Positions 9,761-20,789 of a stretch of 32,369 bases of DNA are shown here, one piece after another. The notes under the pieces are model-generated. The model was given only the letters and a program-made list of their open reading frames with translations. It was not told where the DNA came from and ran no database searches. The stretch spans positions 1-32,369 of the forward strand of contig JAUCBJ010002068.1 in the NCBI GenBank assembly GCA_032718475.1. Reading direction: 5' to 3'. Made by a program: the position numbers and the translations under genes. Each line of letters begins with the position of its first letter. Position 1 is the first letter of the stretch. The DNA is from Nemertoderma westbladi. Lineage: Eukaryota > Animalia > Xenacoelomorpha.

Positions 9761-12700
9761 TTATTCTGTATTTCCACAATCAATCATCTTCAATAGTTTC
9801 GTCCGATCTGCCTCACGTTTGGTAAGACAGTCCGCAAGTTGCTCAGCTGTACAGACCCACTGCACTTCAACTTCTCTACGATCAACCATTTGTCTCATAA
9901 TTGCCATATCGATGCGAAGTCGCTTGTCCTCAATTGTGTTACTTGTATGAACAGCTTGGGCTAAGGATCGATTATCAGTGAAACATACAATGGGTAACTT
10001 AATATCTTTCAGGAACTGAAGCACCTTCTTCAAAAATATTGCTGCTTCTACGCCCTCTATCAATGCTAAAGTTTCAGCAGCTAAAGTTGACTTCACAACC
10101 CTCTTGAGCTTCTTTGACTGCCATGACAGGGTAGCATGCTTCTTATTGACATCTGTAAGAAATATAATATAGCCACCCTGTGACCCACCATCTCTAAGAT
10201 TTCCAAATGAAGCATCTGCATAGACCTCCAACTGGCAGGTATCAACATCAAGACCATTCAAATTACAACGCAATCCACAGTGTTGTAACTTCAACTTTCT
10301 AATTATTTTATTAACATTTCGCAAGTCTTCTACAGTTGGATGCTTAGTATGAGTACTAAGTTCACAGGAATCATAAGCAATGTCTGGTCTAGTTTGATTG
10401 GCTACCCAATTGATAGCACCAATCAAGGATCTAAATTTTGTAATCTCTCCCTTTTTTAGTGGTCTTTCCTTTGCTCCTTGTGGAATATAAATCTCATCTA
10501 GCTCCTTAATGTATTTCTCTTGCTGCAGATATATGCCATATGAAGACTGTTCAAGGAATAATCCCAAGTAACGAAAACTTCCTTTACAAATAGGACCAAC
10601 TGCAAATGTCTCAATAAATGACTTAATTATTTCTTCTTCAAATTGAGCTGTACCTGCAAACAAAACATCATCAACATGAATGCAGATAACACCACCAATT
10701 GAACTGTTTGGCTGTATCCATTTGAAAAGACCAGGATCCAGCTCACATATGTTTACTCCCAATTCTTCCAGTCGACTCTTTACTCTAATATACCATGATC
10801 TAGGTGCATCATTAAGACCATAGACTGTTTTTAACAATCTCCACAACTGTCCATCACTATCTGCTTCTGGTGGTGGGTTGACAAAAACTTCACGGCTAAT
10901 ATTCTCTCCCTGTAGGAATGCTGACTTAACATCTATGGATTTAATACTCCAACTCATCATAGAAGCCAGAGATAATGCTAGACGAATGCTGTCTTTTGAG
11001 CAAGTTGGTGAGTCAGTTCTTTCTTCAACTATCTCTTCAAATCCGCGAGCTACTAATCGCGCCTTTATGTTTCCATTTTCCTTCTCAGTCAAAACCCATT
11101 TGAGAGATATAAAATCTTGACTCTGATTATCGACTTCAACATATACATTATTTATACGCCACATGTTTAATTCATGTCTCTTGGCTTCTGCAACTTTCTC
11201 CACTTTATCTAAAGTGATATATGTTGGAATTGTTAAGTTAATTTCCTCGTCCTTATCTAAGACCCGATAATCATAGACATTATTTAAATCCATCCATTTA
11301 GATGGCCCATCGGAATATTCAAGATTAAAACAATGTTTATATTTTCCGGTCACCTTACCAGCACGACTTATTACTGTGGCTGTTACTAATTCTTCATTTT
11401 CCTTTTCTCTAAACTGCACTCGATCGCCTGCTAGAGGATTAACAAAGAGTTTAACATTTGCCACCTCATTGGTCGTCTCATTGGTTTGTATAATAGGTTT
11501 ATTTCTCACATCAGCAACTTCGGAAGTATGTTCTTTTCTTACATCAGCAACTTCTGAAGTATGTTCTTTACCCCCATTGGACATTATTTCAACTGAGTTT
11601 GGTTCATCCTCACCTATCAGATTATCAACTAAAGGACCAGTCTTGGAATTATCAACAGAACAGTGTAAAGAACCATTGTTGTTATCCGCAATTCTAGCTG
11701 AACGTATTCGTGATGGGTGAACACGAACATATGTGCTACCATGTTTTACCAATATTTGTTGACCATCCTGTCCAATGACAGAACCAGGGCCACGCCACTC
11801 TGGAAATTCTATTCGTTTATAATACACCAATTCACCACTGGTAACCTTATCCCCACTATCTCTTACATTGTGTTTTAGAGCACGGCGTAACCGTTCTGAT
11901 GATTCATTTTTAATGAATTCCTGACGAGCAGCATGCATGGCATTAAGATTGTCTGCAACTACAGTGCTTGTGATGTTACCTTCCAAGGCGGGTAGTTTAT
12001 TATCCTCTACTGTGGGACGCATTGGATTTTTTCCAAAAACTAATTGATTGGGTGAAAACCCATGAACATTAGTTAATGCATTGCGAGCAGCAACTGCCCA
12101 TGCCACTGCCACATCAATTTCACATTTTTCTTGAGCCATTATCTTTTGAACATCTAAGCCAAGAACTGCGTTCTGCCGTTCACACAGACCATTGGACCAT
12201 GGTGATTCAGCAGCAGTAGGTAGAACTCTTATGTTAAAATTTTCAGCAAGATTAATAAATTGCGCATTGTTAAATTCACCTCCATTATCTACAAGAAATT
12301 TCCGAGGATGGCCAAATGTAATTATCCACGATTTAAAAATTCCTTGAATTACTTTGTGAGACTGTTTACTCCAAAGCACACAGGCAGAACGATAACGAGT
12401 AAATGTGTCTACCAAATGTAGAATAATATTGTTATTAATAAACTTCAGATCTAATGCAATAGTGTCATTGAACTCATTACTTATTGGTAGACCAACAACA
12501 GGCCTAGGCGGTGGCTTGTTAAATCTGCGACATATGTCACAAATTTTTTGAATTTCTTCTAACTGATTTGCTAGCCCTTCTGGAACACTTCCAGTCCCCT
12601 TAATTAAACGAACTAATTTATCTGCTGGTGCATGTGCAAACTGGCGGTGCAACTTTATAGCTACTTTCTTCATTTCATCAGTTGACTTTATTTCACACGA

Positions 12701-14197
12701 AATGTGAACTTCCTTTACTAATGCAATAGATATGCAAAAATGCCCTGCAATATTATCAACAGTTGGAATCTTTTGTCCAAACATTATTACTTCATTCTTT
12801 CTAAAATCAAGAGCTGCATTTGCCTTAGCTAATGAATGTTTAGAGAGTAATAGAGGAATATTGCATGATACCACTGATGCTTGGACATGAACCCGCTTAT
12901 TGCCAATTAGACAAGGAATCTTCACACATTTGTCAGATATCACGTTTTTCCCATCACCAAACCTAAATAAAGTGCAACTTGGAGTTTCAACAACCTCAGA
13001 TTTTTCAATATCGCTGAGACTGTCTAGATATGCCATATACCACAACTGCCCACACACTGATTTGGTACAGCCAGAGTCCAGAATTGCTAACCCAATAGTG
13101 TCTTCTAAATACACATTGGTCTGAGCTGTTAAAACATACACATCATCACTCTCACCAAAATCATCCCCTTCATTAAACATACCTGAAATGTCTCTGTAAC
13201 TTGTAAGAAGAACATCAACTTCCTCACTGACTGTCTCCCCTTGACCATCACAGAAGTGGGCGGTTTCATTGTCGTCAACTCCAATCCTCCTCTGAAAGCA
13301 ATTAGCTGCATAGTGATAAATACTCCCACACCTTAAACATTTAGTTATATTACCATATCGATCCAGGGGATTTCTTACTGCACCAGAACCCCGACTTTGT
13401 CCTCGGTCAAACTGATATGAAGAACCCCGACCTCTGCCAAGCTGATCTGAAAACTGACCTCGACCAAACTGATCACTATGTCCACTATACTGACCACGGG
13501 AATACTGATTCGGCCTTCGATAATTAAACCTACCAACTCCTCCTCCACGCTGGTAACCTTTAAATCCTCTATCAGTAAAATATACCTCATCTTCACCTAT
13601 TTCATCCGAACACACTAAAGCTTCCTGCTTTATATCCAACTCACCTAATCCTGATGAAACCTCACTTCTCTTCCCTGAAATTTTCTTCAAGGTGTCTCGC
13701 ATACCTTTGAAACTTAAAACAGGGACAGTTGTCCTTGCAAGTTGTTCTTCTGTGTGTGACAGTCCAGCGCTCTTTAAAAGTCTGAATGCAATCACCCCAT
13801 CTGGCAGCTCCATACCATGTTTCCTTACTTTTGAATATAAATTATCAAATTCCACCAGATATTCCTCCATGGTTATCCCAACTGGGCGTATATACTTCTC
13901 AAAATTCTCATAAGCACAAAATGCCAACAGTTCCTTGTCCTTTAAATATAAATCGTCTAGCTTAGTTATTACTTTCTCTAGTCCGTCTTCACCACTTAAT
14001 TCAGCAATTGGTATATCCACTGTAGCTTCCCTCGCTTTTCCGCTCATTGATAACGCCAACACCGGACCTTGTTTCTTTTTATTTAAATCAGTTACTAAAC
14101 GCCATATTTCTATTTCCTTTTTCCAGTCGTCATAGGAAAGATCTGCACGCATTTTGGGGGGTATTTTATAACTTGCTACACCTGCTGATTCGGCCAT
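9761..14197 (-). CDS. Copia gag-pol polyprotein
   Basis: Intact ORF (first ATG at 14197, MAESAG...): zinc knuckle CLRCGSIYHYAANC, protease ILDSGC, integrase HRQFAH..CDIC, VDNGGEF, WSNGLCER, RT KARLVARGF/YGLNDAPRSW/HVDD, RNase H YADASF/TDNRS/QLADCLTK; integrase before RT = copia order. Confidence 0.97.
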   Translation of the reverse strand: MAESAGVASYKIPPKMRADLSYDDWKKEIEIWRLVTDLNKKKQGPVLALSMSGKAREATVDIPIAELSGEDGLEKVITKLDDLYLKDKELLAFCAYENFEKYIRPVGITMEEYLVEFDNLYSKVRKHGMELPDGVIAFRLLKSAGLSHTEEQLARTTVPVLSFKGMRDTLKKISGKRSEVSSGLGELDIKQEALVCSDEIGEDEVYFTDRGFKGYQRGGGVGRFNYRRPNQYSRGQYSGHSDQFGRGQFSDQLGRGRGSSYQFDRGQSRGSGAVRNPLDRYGNITKCLRCGSIYHYAANCFQRRIGVDDNETAHFCDGQGETVSEEVDVLLTSYRDISGMFNEGDDFGESDDVYVLTAQTNVYLEDTIGLAILDSGCTKSVCGQLWYMAYLDSLSDIEKSEVVETPSCTLFRFGDGKNVISDKCVKIPCLIGNKRVHVQASVVSCNIPLLLSKHSLAKANAALDFRKNEVIMFGQKIPTVDNIAGHFCISIALVKEVHISCEIKSTDEMKKVAIKLHRQFAHAPADKLVRLIKGTGSVPEGLANQLEEIQKICDICRRFNKPPPRPVVGLPISNEFNDTIALDLKFINNNIILHLVDTFTRYRSACVLWSKQSHKVIQGIFKSWIITFGHPRKFLVDNGGEFNNAQFINLAENFNIRVLPTAAESPWSNGLCERQNAVLGLDVQKIMAQEKCEIDVAVAWAVAARNALTNVHGFSPNQLVFGKNPMRPTVEDNKLPALEGNITSTVVADNLNAMHAARQEFIKNESSERLRRALKHNVRDSGDKVTSGELVYYKRIEFPEWRGPGSVIGQDGQQILVKHGSTYVRVHPSRIRSARIADNNNGSLHCSVDNSKTGPLVDNLIGEDEPNSVEIMSNGGKEHTSEVADVRKEHTSEVADVRNKPIIQTNETTNEVANVKLFVNPLAGDRVQFREKENEELVTATVISRAGKVTGKYKHCFNLEYSDGPSKWMDLNNVYDYRVLDKDEEINLTIPTYITLDKVEKVAEAKRHELNMWRINNVYVEVDNQSQDFISLKWVLTEKENGNIKARLVARGFEEIVEERTDSPTCSKDSIRLALSLASMMSWSIKSIDVKSAFLQGENISREVFVNPPPEADSDGQLWRLLKTVYGLNDAPRSWYIRVKSRLEELGVNICELDPGLFKWIQPNSSIGGVICIHVDDVLFAGTAQFEEEIIKSFIETFAVGPICKGSFRYLGLFLEQSSYGIYLQQEKYIKELDEIYIPQGAKERPLKKGEITKFRSLIGAINWVANQTRPDIAYDSCELSTHTKHPTVEDLRNVNKIIRKLKLQHCGLRCNLNGLDVDTCQLEVYADASFGNLRDGGSQGGYIIFLTDVNKKHATLSWQSKKLKRVVKSTLAAETLALIEGVEAAIFLKKVLQFLKDIKLPIVCFTDNRSLAQAVHTSNTIEDKRLRIDMAIMRQMVDRREVEVQWVCTAEQLADCLTKREADRTKLLKMIDCGNTE

Positions 14198-14210
14198 TTT
14201 GTTGAGGAAC

Positions 14211-14228
14211 AACCACGCTCTGCTACCA
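14211..14228 (-). other. Primer-binding site (tRNA-iMet)
   Basis: TGGTAGCAGAGCGTGGTT immediately after the 5' LTR, complementary to the initiator-Met tRNA 3' end; TGGTAGCAGAGC is the PBS described for GalEa elements. Confidence 0.9.
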
Positions 14229-14466
14229 TGAAATAATGACTATTAATTTATCACTCCTGACTGTCCGACATATATTCAATCAGATATTAGATAACACAAT
14301 TACACCGGTAGGCATGATATACCGGTTACAGAGTACTACAGTACTGCAGTACCACGGTACAGCAGTAGACTTTTCTGCACTTACGGTCCGGACAGATTAC
14401 CATTAGAAACCGTCATTACTTACTCTCTTACTTCAAGGCCTCTTAGGTCCAAGGGTGATCCTAACA
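14229..14466 (-). repeat. 5' LTR (238 bp)
   Basis: Direct repeat of 9362-9603. Confidence 0.97.
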
Positions 14467-14680
14467 GATAGGACGACTAAATCTGTGTAACTTTATTTTG
14501 TTTTAATAAATAGAATCCCGTATCAGAGCAATTTCTAAGATATGAGTATAATTATCGGAAGAACTGGTATTATACAACATTTATAGAATATTTATTTAAA
14601 ATTATAAAAAAATAATTTTAGCTCCGTAACGATATGCGAAAATTAACAACAACATATAAGCAATAGATGTGTACGCCTAC

Positions 14681-14989
14681 TACTACTAGGATCGGCATGC
14701 TGCATTGCAGCTGCATGTTTAAGAATGCTGTGCCGGCTTATCGACAAAATTGCACCACCACAACTCCCTATCACACATGACATTTGCTAGATCATCCGAA
14801 TCTTCAAGGCCAGTGTCCTTTAAGATGCGTCTCAAGAAAGTCATGGGCTGTCCACCATGCTTAATCACTCCATGAGGCTGCCAAAGTACAAGATTATGCA
14901 CTGGCTGGTCCTCACGGCGAAAGCAATGTCCTGCAAAGCGGAGGCGATTTTGTTCTAGTGTCAAGCTTGGGGGGGGGGGGGGGGGGGTT
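14681..14989 (-). mobile_element. 5'-truncated RTE LINE insertion with TSD
   Basis: Encodes TLEQNRLRFAGHCFRREDQPV...; (TAG)n tail; 9-bp direct repeat TACGCCTAC at 14672-14680 and 14990-14998. Confidence 0.9.
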
Positions 14990-16989
14990 TACGCCTACCT
15001 GAGGACAGACGACACAACCCCATAGATGGGGGCGGGTTTATTATCCCCGGCTTAATTTTTCCTAAAATACCAGTAACCTGTGTGACCTTAAGTTTTGTTT
15101 ATTGTAGGCCTACCCTGGCTTACAGTATCATACTGCAGTACAAGTGAGTTTTCCCATATAAGTGAGTTTTACCTGGGTGTGATTTGAGCATCTTAAATCT
15201 CGATTAAGCAAGTATTTATTTTAATATATTTAGTTTCGTTGCAAAGATGAAATAACAAACAACGATAGACATGCCAAATACCAAAGTTATCCCAAAGAAG
15301 TTTCAAGAATAATTTAAATAATTTATACCGGTACCAAATACAGATTGGCGCGAAAATTTAATGACACATTCCATGTATTACAATATAACCATCGTTTTTT
15401 CATTCATAATGATACATTATTAATGGATTCCACTCCACTGCACATACTAATAGAGTCTAGCTTAAAATAAATAATTGTAAGAGGGAAATATCGAGTGCAA
15501 ATGGTGGAGGATTAACAGCAACTTAAGCGGCCAAATAAAACTTTCTAGGGAAAAATTACTAGAAATACATATCAGAGCCAAATAAATATACACCATGTCC
15601 TGGAATATAGCGTCGTAATTCAGTGACATCCCCACCCCCCACCCAAAAGAGATCGCAAGAAAATTGAAACTGAGATAGGTTCACTGGTGCAATATCACGC
15701 TTGTAGCTAAACATTGAAAGTAAAAATATAAACTCTGACTCACCCAGGAAGGAGGAGGGAGGTGAAACTATCTCAAGATTCATTTAAGGTGGAACAATTA
15801 GGTTCCTGTACCCGAATTAGCGGTGTTATACTTATATAGATGGAACGCAAGCGGGGATTCTACCATTATATACCGGTACTGTATATAACTTTATTTGGGG
15901 GGGGAGGGGTTGTCCTATCATAGGAGTTATATAATATTACATGACAAGTACGGAGCGTGGAACAGATACTAAAATCAATAACAACTATATAATTGGTTAA
16001 AAAAAATACATTTACTCGTAATATTTATAGTATAATCCATACTTTAATTAATTGTGTTACATTAAGATAACTTATCAGCGTTCTGCGATATCCTCGTAAC
16101 CCAGCAAACGTAATCACTAACTTAGTTAACGATAAAATTCTAGAACACGTATTGAGTATTCTAAATTGACAGCCATTACAGGCTTAGTTAAATATTATTT
16201 ACAGTACAGTTGTTACAGAAACTGCAATTAATTGCATAAAAAGGATATCAATTTCATTAATATTCCTAAACATTATACAATATTATTTAAAGCTAATAAT
16301 TAATTCAGAACGCCGATAAGTTGACACAATGTAACAAAATTCTTACACCATTGTGTAATAAAGGGCTCTATACAGCGTTAAAGACACCTGAATATTTATG
16401 TAAATCTCCCTCGTTGCGCTCGTTCGGGGTATACTTTTCACACAATAATGTAAATGTATCATCCGATACAGCTTTAAAATACTTAGTTATAACAAATTTA
16501 GTCTAATAATATTATATGTAATTTATTAATTAAATGATTCTGTGTTAGACTAGCACCCGTACCGGTTTACCAAAAGATAGATAGAAACCCAAACTTAATT
16601 AATTAATTTTATCACTGAAGTTCAAACTTTGTTTATTTAATGGCAAAAGTTAAATTTCATTGTATATTTCTTACATTTATTAAGTAATTGAAATGAAAGT
16701 TAGTTGAATACAGAAGGGTTTACTAAAAATGTATAACCGGTAACTGCTACTTATATATATAACTTTATTTCAACTTCTGAAATTATTTGTAAAGATAAAA
16801 TTCGATTTATAGTTGATTGCTGGATGTTTTAATAATTGGGTTTTGATATAATTAATAATAATAATATACTAGACACAATCTATACTCCGGGATCCCTTTC
16901 CAAAGAAATCGGCATTACATTTTTGCTCCGGGATCCCAAGTTTTCGAGATGGGAATCCATTTTGAACGCTATATATATATATAATAAAA

Positions 16990-17548
16990 CTAGTCTGGGT
17001 TCCACTGTGGATAATTGACTTAATAGGCTTAAACTACTACAAAAATACGGTATATATTAAATAATTTAGATATGAACGTAATATTCAATTGAATTCAGCC
17101 GAATTATGTTATGTAATTAACAATTAAATCGATTCTAAACTTTTCACATCATAAATTACCCGTATTCTAAAACTTTCTTATAATTATTTTTTGAATATTC
17201 AGTAACCGAATACGCGTCAGGCCCAAATCTAATTCAAATTTACAGCATAAAAATAATTAATAGAAATCGAACTGTCATAGGATTACATACAGACACACAT
17301 ACAGACACACATACAGAAACACATACAGACAGACATACAGACACACATACAGACACACGTACAGAAACACATACAGACAGACATACAGACACACATACAG
17401 ACACACGTACAGAAACACATACAGACACACATACAGACACACATACAGACACACATACAGACACACATACAGACACACATACAGACACACATACAGACAC
17501 ACATACAGACACACACGTACATTGCTGCGAACTTAATATTATTTGATT
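16990..17548 (-). mobile_element. Possible non-autonomous Helitron carrying the microsatellite
   Basis: Minus strand: short AT-rich head, (GTGTGTCTGTAT)n, and a 3' end with a small hairpin tccacagtgga followed by CTAG-T. Confidence 0.3.
17285..17516. repeat. 12-bp tandem repeat (ACAGACACACAT)n
   Basis: ~19 copies with minor variants; explains three spurious low-complexity ORFs. Confidence 0.95.
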
Positions 17549-17924
17549 GATATTGAGAGAAATTATCCGCTGTTCGTAAAAATGAATAATTTTACTAATT
17601 TAAAAGACATTGTAAAAGGCATGTAACATTTTAACAAAGAAAAAAAGTATTTAGGAAATTAAAAAGAAAAACCGCTTCGCATTTCTATAAAACTAATTTC
17701 TTTCTCGGAATTTAGTTATAATTTTTAATAAATTTTAGTTTTAATGATTAAATTACAGTATTTTTAGTTAAAAATAACCAAAAATACAAGTTAAATTTCA
17801 GTTTGTAACATTAATTATTTATAAAGGCCAATCAATATCAATAAATTAATAGACACAAACTGTTAAACCGAGCTGGATAATGATTGGCTGTTACAATGTG
17901 CGAGGCGCTGATTGGCTAAAACTC

Positions 17925-18539
17925 TCAAGGGCGTTCGGTGTACTTAGTGGCGGAGGCAGGATCCAATGGGGACGTTTCGTCCAACAGGTTCACCTGCTGC
18001 ACACCTTCCGATGAGGTCGCAGGCTGCGACGTCACCGGCTCCTCAACAATAACATCATCCTCACCATCCACAATATCCTCTTGGAGATTATCAACATCAT
18101 CCATATCCTTAGGTTTATATTTACCGCAGCAAAAGTTACAGCAAAGACAACAGAAACAACAACAGCAACACCCGCTTACCAAGCAGCAGAATATAAACAA
18201 GGCTTTACACCACCCACTCTGCAGCATAAAGTAAGCCTTAACATTTTCCTCGCCTATCTGCTCTGCTATATACAACCCCATTGTTCCGTACTCGTCAAAT
18301 ATCTCACGTTTAGTCGGGTCTATCAGAACGTGATAGGCGTGGTTAATCTCTTTAAAGCGTTCCACAGCGGCCGCGTTACCGGGGTTTTTATCCGGGTGGT
18401 ACTGCAGGGCCAGGCGTCTGTAGGCTTTCTTTATCTCCTCCACGCTGCACTCCTTGGCCAGGGATAGAGTGCCGTATAAGTCTAGAGGTTTCATTGTGTG
18501 CGGGGCGGATCTGTTACTGTGGTTGTGGGGGGACGGCAT
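17925..18539 (-). CDS. DNAJC5: Cysteine string protein (DnaJ/Hsp40 subfamily C member 5)
   Basis: J-domain with HPD (YHPDKNP), linker YGTMGLYIAEQIGEENV, cysteine string CCLVSGCCCCCFCCLCCNFCCGKYKP, C-terminal PVTSQP/ETSPL; no coding introns. Possible 5'-UTR intron 18591-18676. Confidence 0.93.
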   Translation of the reverse strand: MPSPHNHSNRSAPHTMKPLDLYGTLSLAKECSVEEIKKAYRRLALQYHPDKNPGNAAAVERFKEINHAYHVLIDPTKREIFDEYGTMGLYIAEQIGEENVKAYFMLQSGWCKALFIFCCLVSGCCCCCFCCLCCNFCCGKYKPKDMDDVDNLQEDIVDGEDDVIVEEPVTSQPATSSEGVQQVNLLDETSPLDPASATKYTERP

Positions 18540-19137
18540 TGTGGAATTCGTTTAGTGGCGGTAGTTATGGGGTGGTTGTGTTGGTATTATCTGTGAGGGG
18601 CATTTCTTTTATAATTTTAGGAAACGAGGAAAGGAAGGTAGATTATTCTACTGCGAGTAGAAGTTAAAACAGTTACCCGGTTGGGAGTCTGAGAGTGGTA
18701 CCGTGTACCGGTACCTTATAAGAGATAGGCCTATGCATGCAGCTATGCAGAAACGAACTCTGAGCAATTGGCCCCCGTTTCGCAATGAGTTATTATCAAT
18801 ATTTTCTGCTACACTGTATCTATTAGGCCTCGTTCTTTAGGGTATTACGACCACAGCGGCACCTCTCCCTGTCCAGCAATATTATTGGGGCCACCACCGA
18901 CCCCCAACAGACACGCACCGGTATAGAAAGAGAGATGCGCAGATATCTTCTTCAGTTCATCAGCAACCATGAGAGATAAATATTGAGCAACATATATTTA
19001 ATACGGTAGGTACAGTCTCCGATATATCAACTAGGCCTAACATAAATAGGGCCCAAACACTAATAACAGTACCGGTAATATAATAAATAATACAGTAATA
19101 AGGTAAAACTGATAGCAATAATAACACTGGCGCTGTA

Positions 19138-19530
19138 GGGGGAGCCCCAACCAACGTGGACGCGTCAACATCAATAAGAGGGAGAGCTGGATTTTTAAAT
19201 ATTAATCTCGAAACTATAATAATTGATATTATTAAAATATTATAACAATAATAATCATGATTTAATCATGATAAGGTGTTTTGTTATAATAGTCTCCCAT
19301 ACCTTCTCTGCTTCAATCCAATATCTTTAGGCCCTATACGCAAGTAACTTCTTGACATATAATAATCAATGTTGATGTACCAGCACTGTAACTTTCTTCT
19401 TGTTTATCCATTGATATTAACTCAGCGTAGCAGTCCAGCAACAAGACTGCGGAAATACTACAAGCCCTGCTCTGTAGTTTATATGATACACAATTGGCTT
19501 TGACGCGTCCACGTGGGTTGGGGCTCTCCT
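19138..19530. mobile_element. MITE-like element with ~35-bp TIRs
   Basis: ggagccccaaccaacgtggacgcgtcaacatcaat (19141-19175) vs attggctttgacgcgtccacgtgggttggggctct (~19493-19527); TSD unclear. Confidence 0.65.
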
Positions 19531-19734
19531 CATAGACTGCACAATGCTTTCTATAATTTTGACGCGTCCGCAAAATAGGTCCTGCAAGGCCTAAATAATA
19601 CTGTAATTTATTTAGCCATACGGATTCATTCTCACACGTTCGTCGTTCATCGATCGCTTTAAGTCCTGAGCCGTTAGGCTGAGCTGCTGAGAGGTCAGTC
19701 AGTCGGATATGATCAGCCTAATTAGTATAGGCCT

Positions 19735-20175
19735 AACGAAGAATTACATGTTCATGGGGCCTTCGCGCAGCACAAGGCACAGTCATAGGCAGCGCCGTTC
19801 AATTCGCCCCCTAGCGGCAGACGGAGTAACTGTAAAAGTCTGTACTACAGTAGAATTTCTAATTCAGCAATGCTCATAGGTCACTCTCACCAAATTTCAG
19901 ATGAATCTGATCTTTGATTCTATAATTACAGCTACTTCTATGTTTCTGTAAATTCGCCCCCTAGCGGCAGATAGATGAACTACATAAGTCTATTTCTCTG
20001 TATAATTTTTAACCTTTTGATAGACTACATGTGTACCAAGTTAGGTTCCATTTCACCCGTGATTGGCAGACTTATTAGCGTTCAAACATTTCCAACGACG
20101 ACGACGGACGGCTCACTAATTGTACTGCTATGCTCTAAGGCTCACCTGGACTTCGTGGCTCGCCCCACACTAACC
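19735..20175 (+). mobile_element. Helentron-associated (HINE/DINE-like) non-autonomous element
   Basis: 150-bp-spaced core repeat aattcgccccctagcggcaga (19801, 19951), gtaccaagtt, (ACG)n/GACG microsatellite and a degenerate 3' stem-loop gctcacctggacttcgtggctc. Confidence 0.55.
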
Positions 20176-20789
20176 AACTAACACTATAGGTACTGCACTA
20201 TGACAGTCAGGTCAGACAGTATGACGAATGCATATTGCATAGTTCATAAACCTAAAGCATACCAGGGCATCAGGGGGAAACCAGTTGACCAGCCTATGTA
20301 TGTATAGTATATGATGTATATTATCGACACGACATCTCACATAATAATAAAATAATAGCACAAAGAAATACAAAGAAATGTACAAATATGTTTATGAATG
20401 AATTACAAATTAAGTAAATTGAGCACTTTGCATAAAAATAATACTTTAGTAGTGTAGTACCGGTACTGTAGTAGTAGTCCGATCGAAAAATTTTGTAGGC
20501 TATTTAAACCAAATAGGCCTATATATAGTGGCTGAATGTATAAAACGGATGTTAGCTTATATCGCTTGAATGACCTATAAATTACTGTACTGTACTGCCA
20601 GACTATACTCGTTATACTTATAATATAGCGGTAATAATAATAATACTCTATAATAAAGATATAATACTATGTCTACTCGAAAGTAATGTATGTGTTTAAT
20701 TTATAACAATAAATAGATGGTGTTACTAATATATAATATAATACCGGTATGTTAATAGATAAGGGTTAGCCTGCCGTTGCTCATTAATA

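Larger units (their letters stand above)
9362..14466 (-). mobile_element. Full-length Ty1/copia LTR retrotransposon, GalEa-like
   Basis: TG...CA LTRs, 5-bp TSD GATAG (9357-9361, 14467-14471), tRNA-iMet-type PBS, PPT, single gag-PR-IN-RT-RH ORF. Confidence 0.97.

Noticed and set aside
10878-14135. Short ORFs overlapping the copia polyprotein
   Set aside because: Antisense or alternative-frame shadows with no recognisable motifs
17240-17522. Three Cys/Val-rich ORFs
   Set aside because: Translations of a 12-bp microsatellite
17938-18467. Plus-strand Gln/Thr-rich ORFs
   Set aside because: Antisense shadow of the CSP cysteine string
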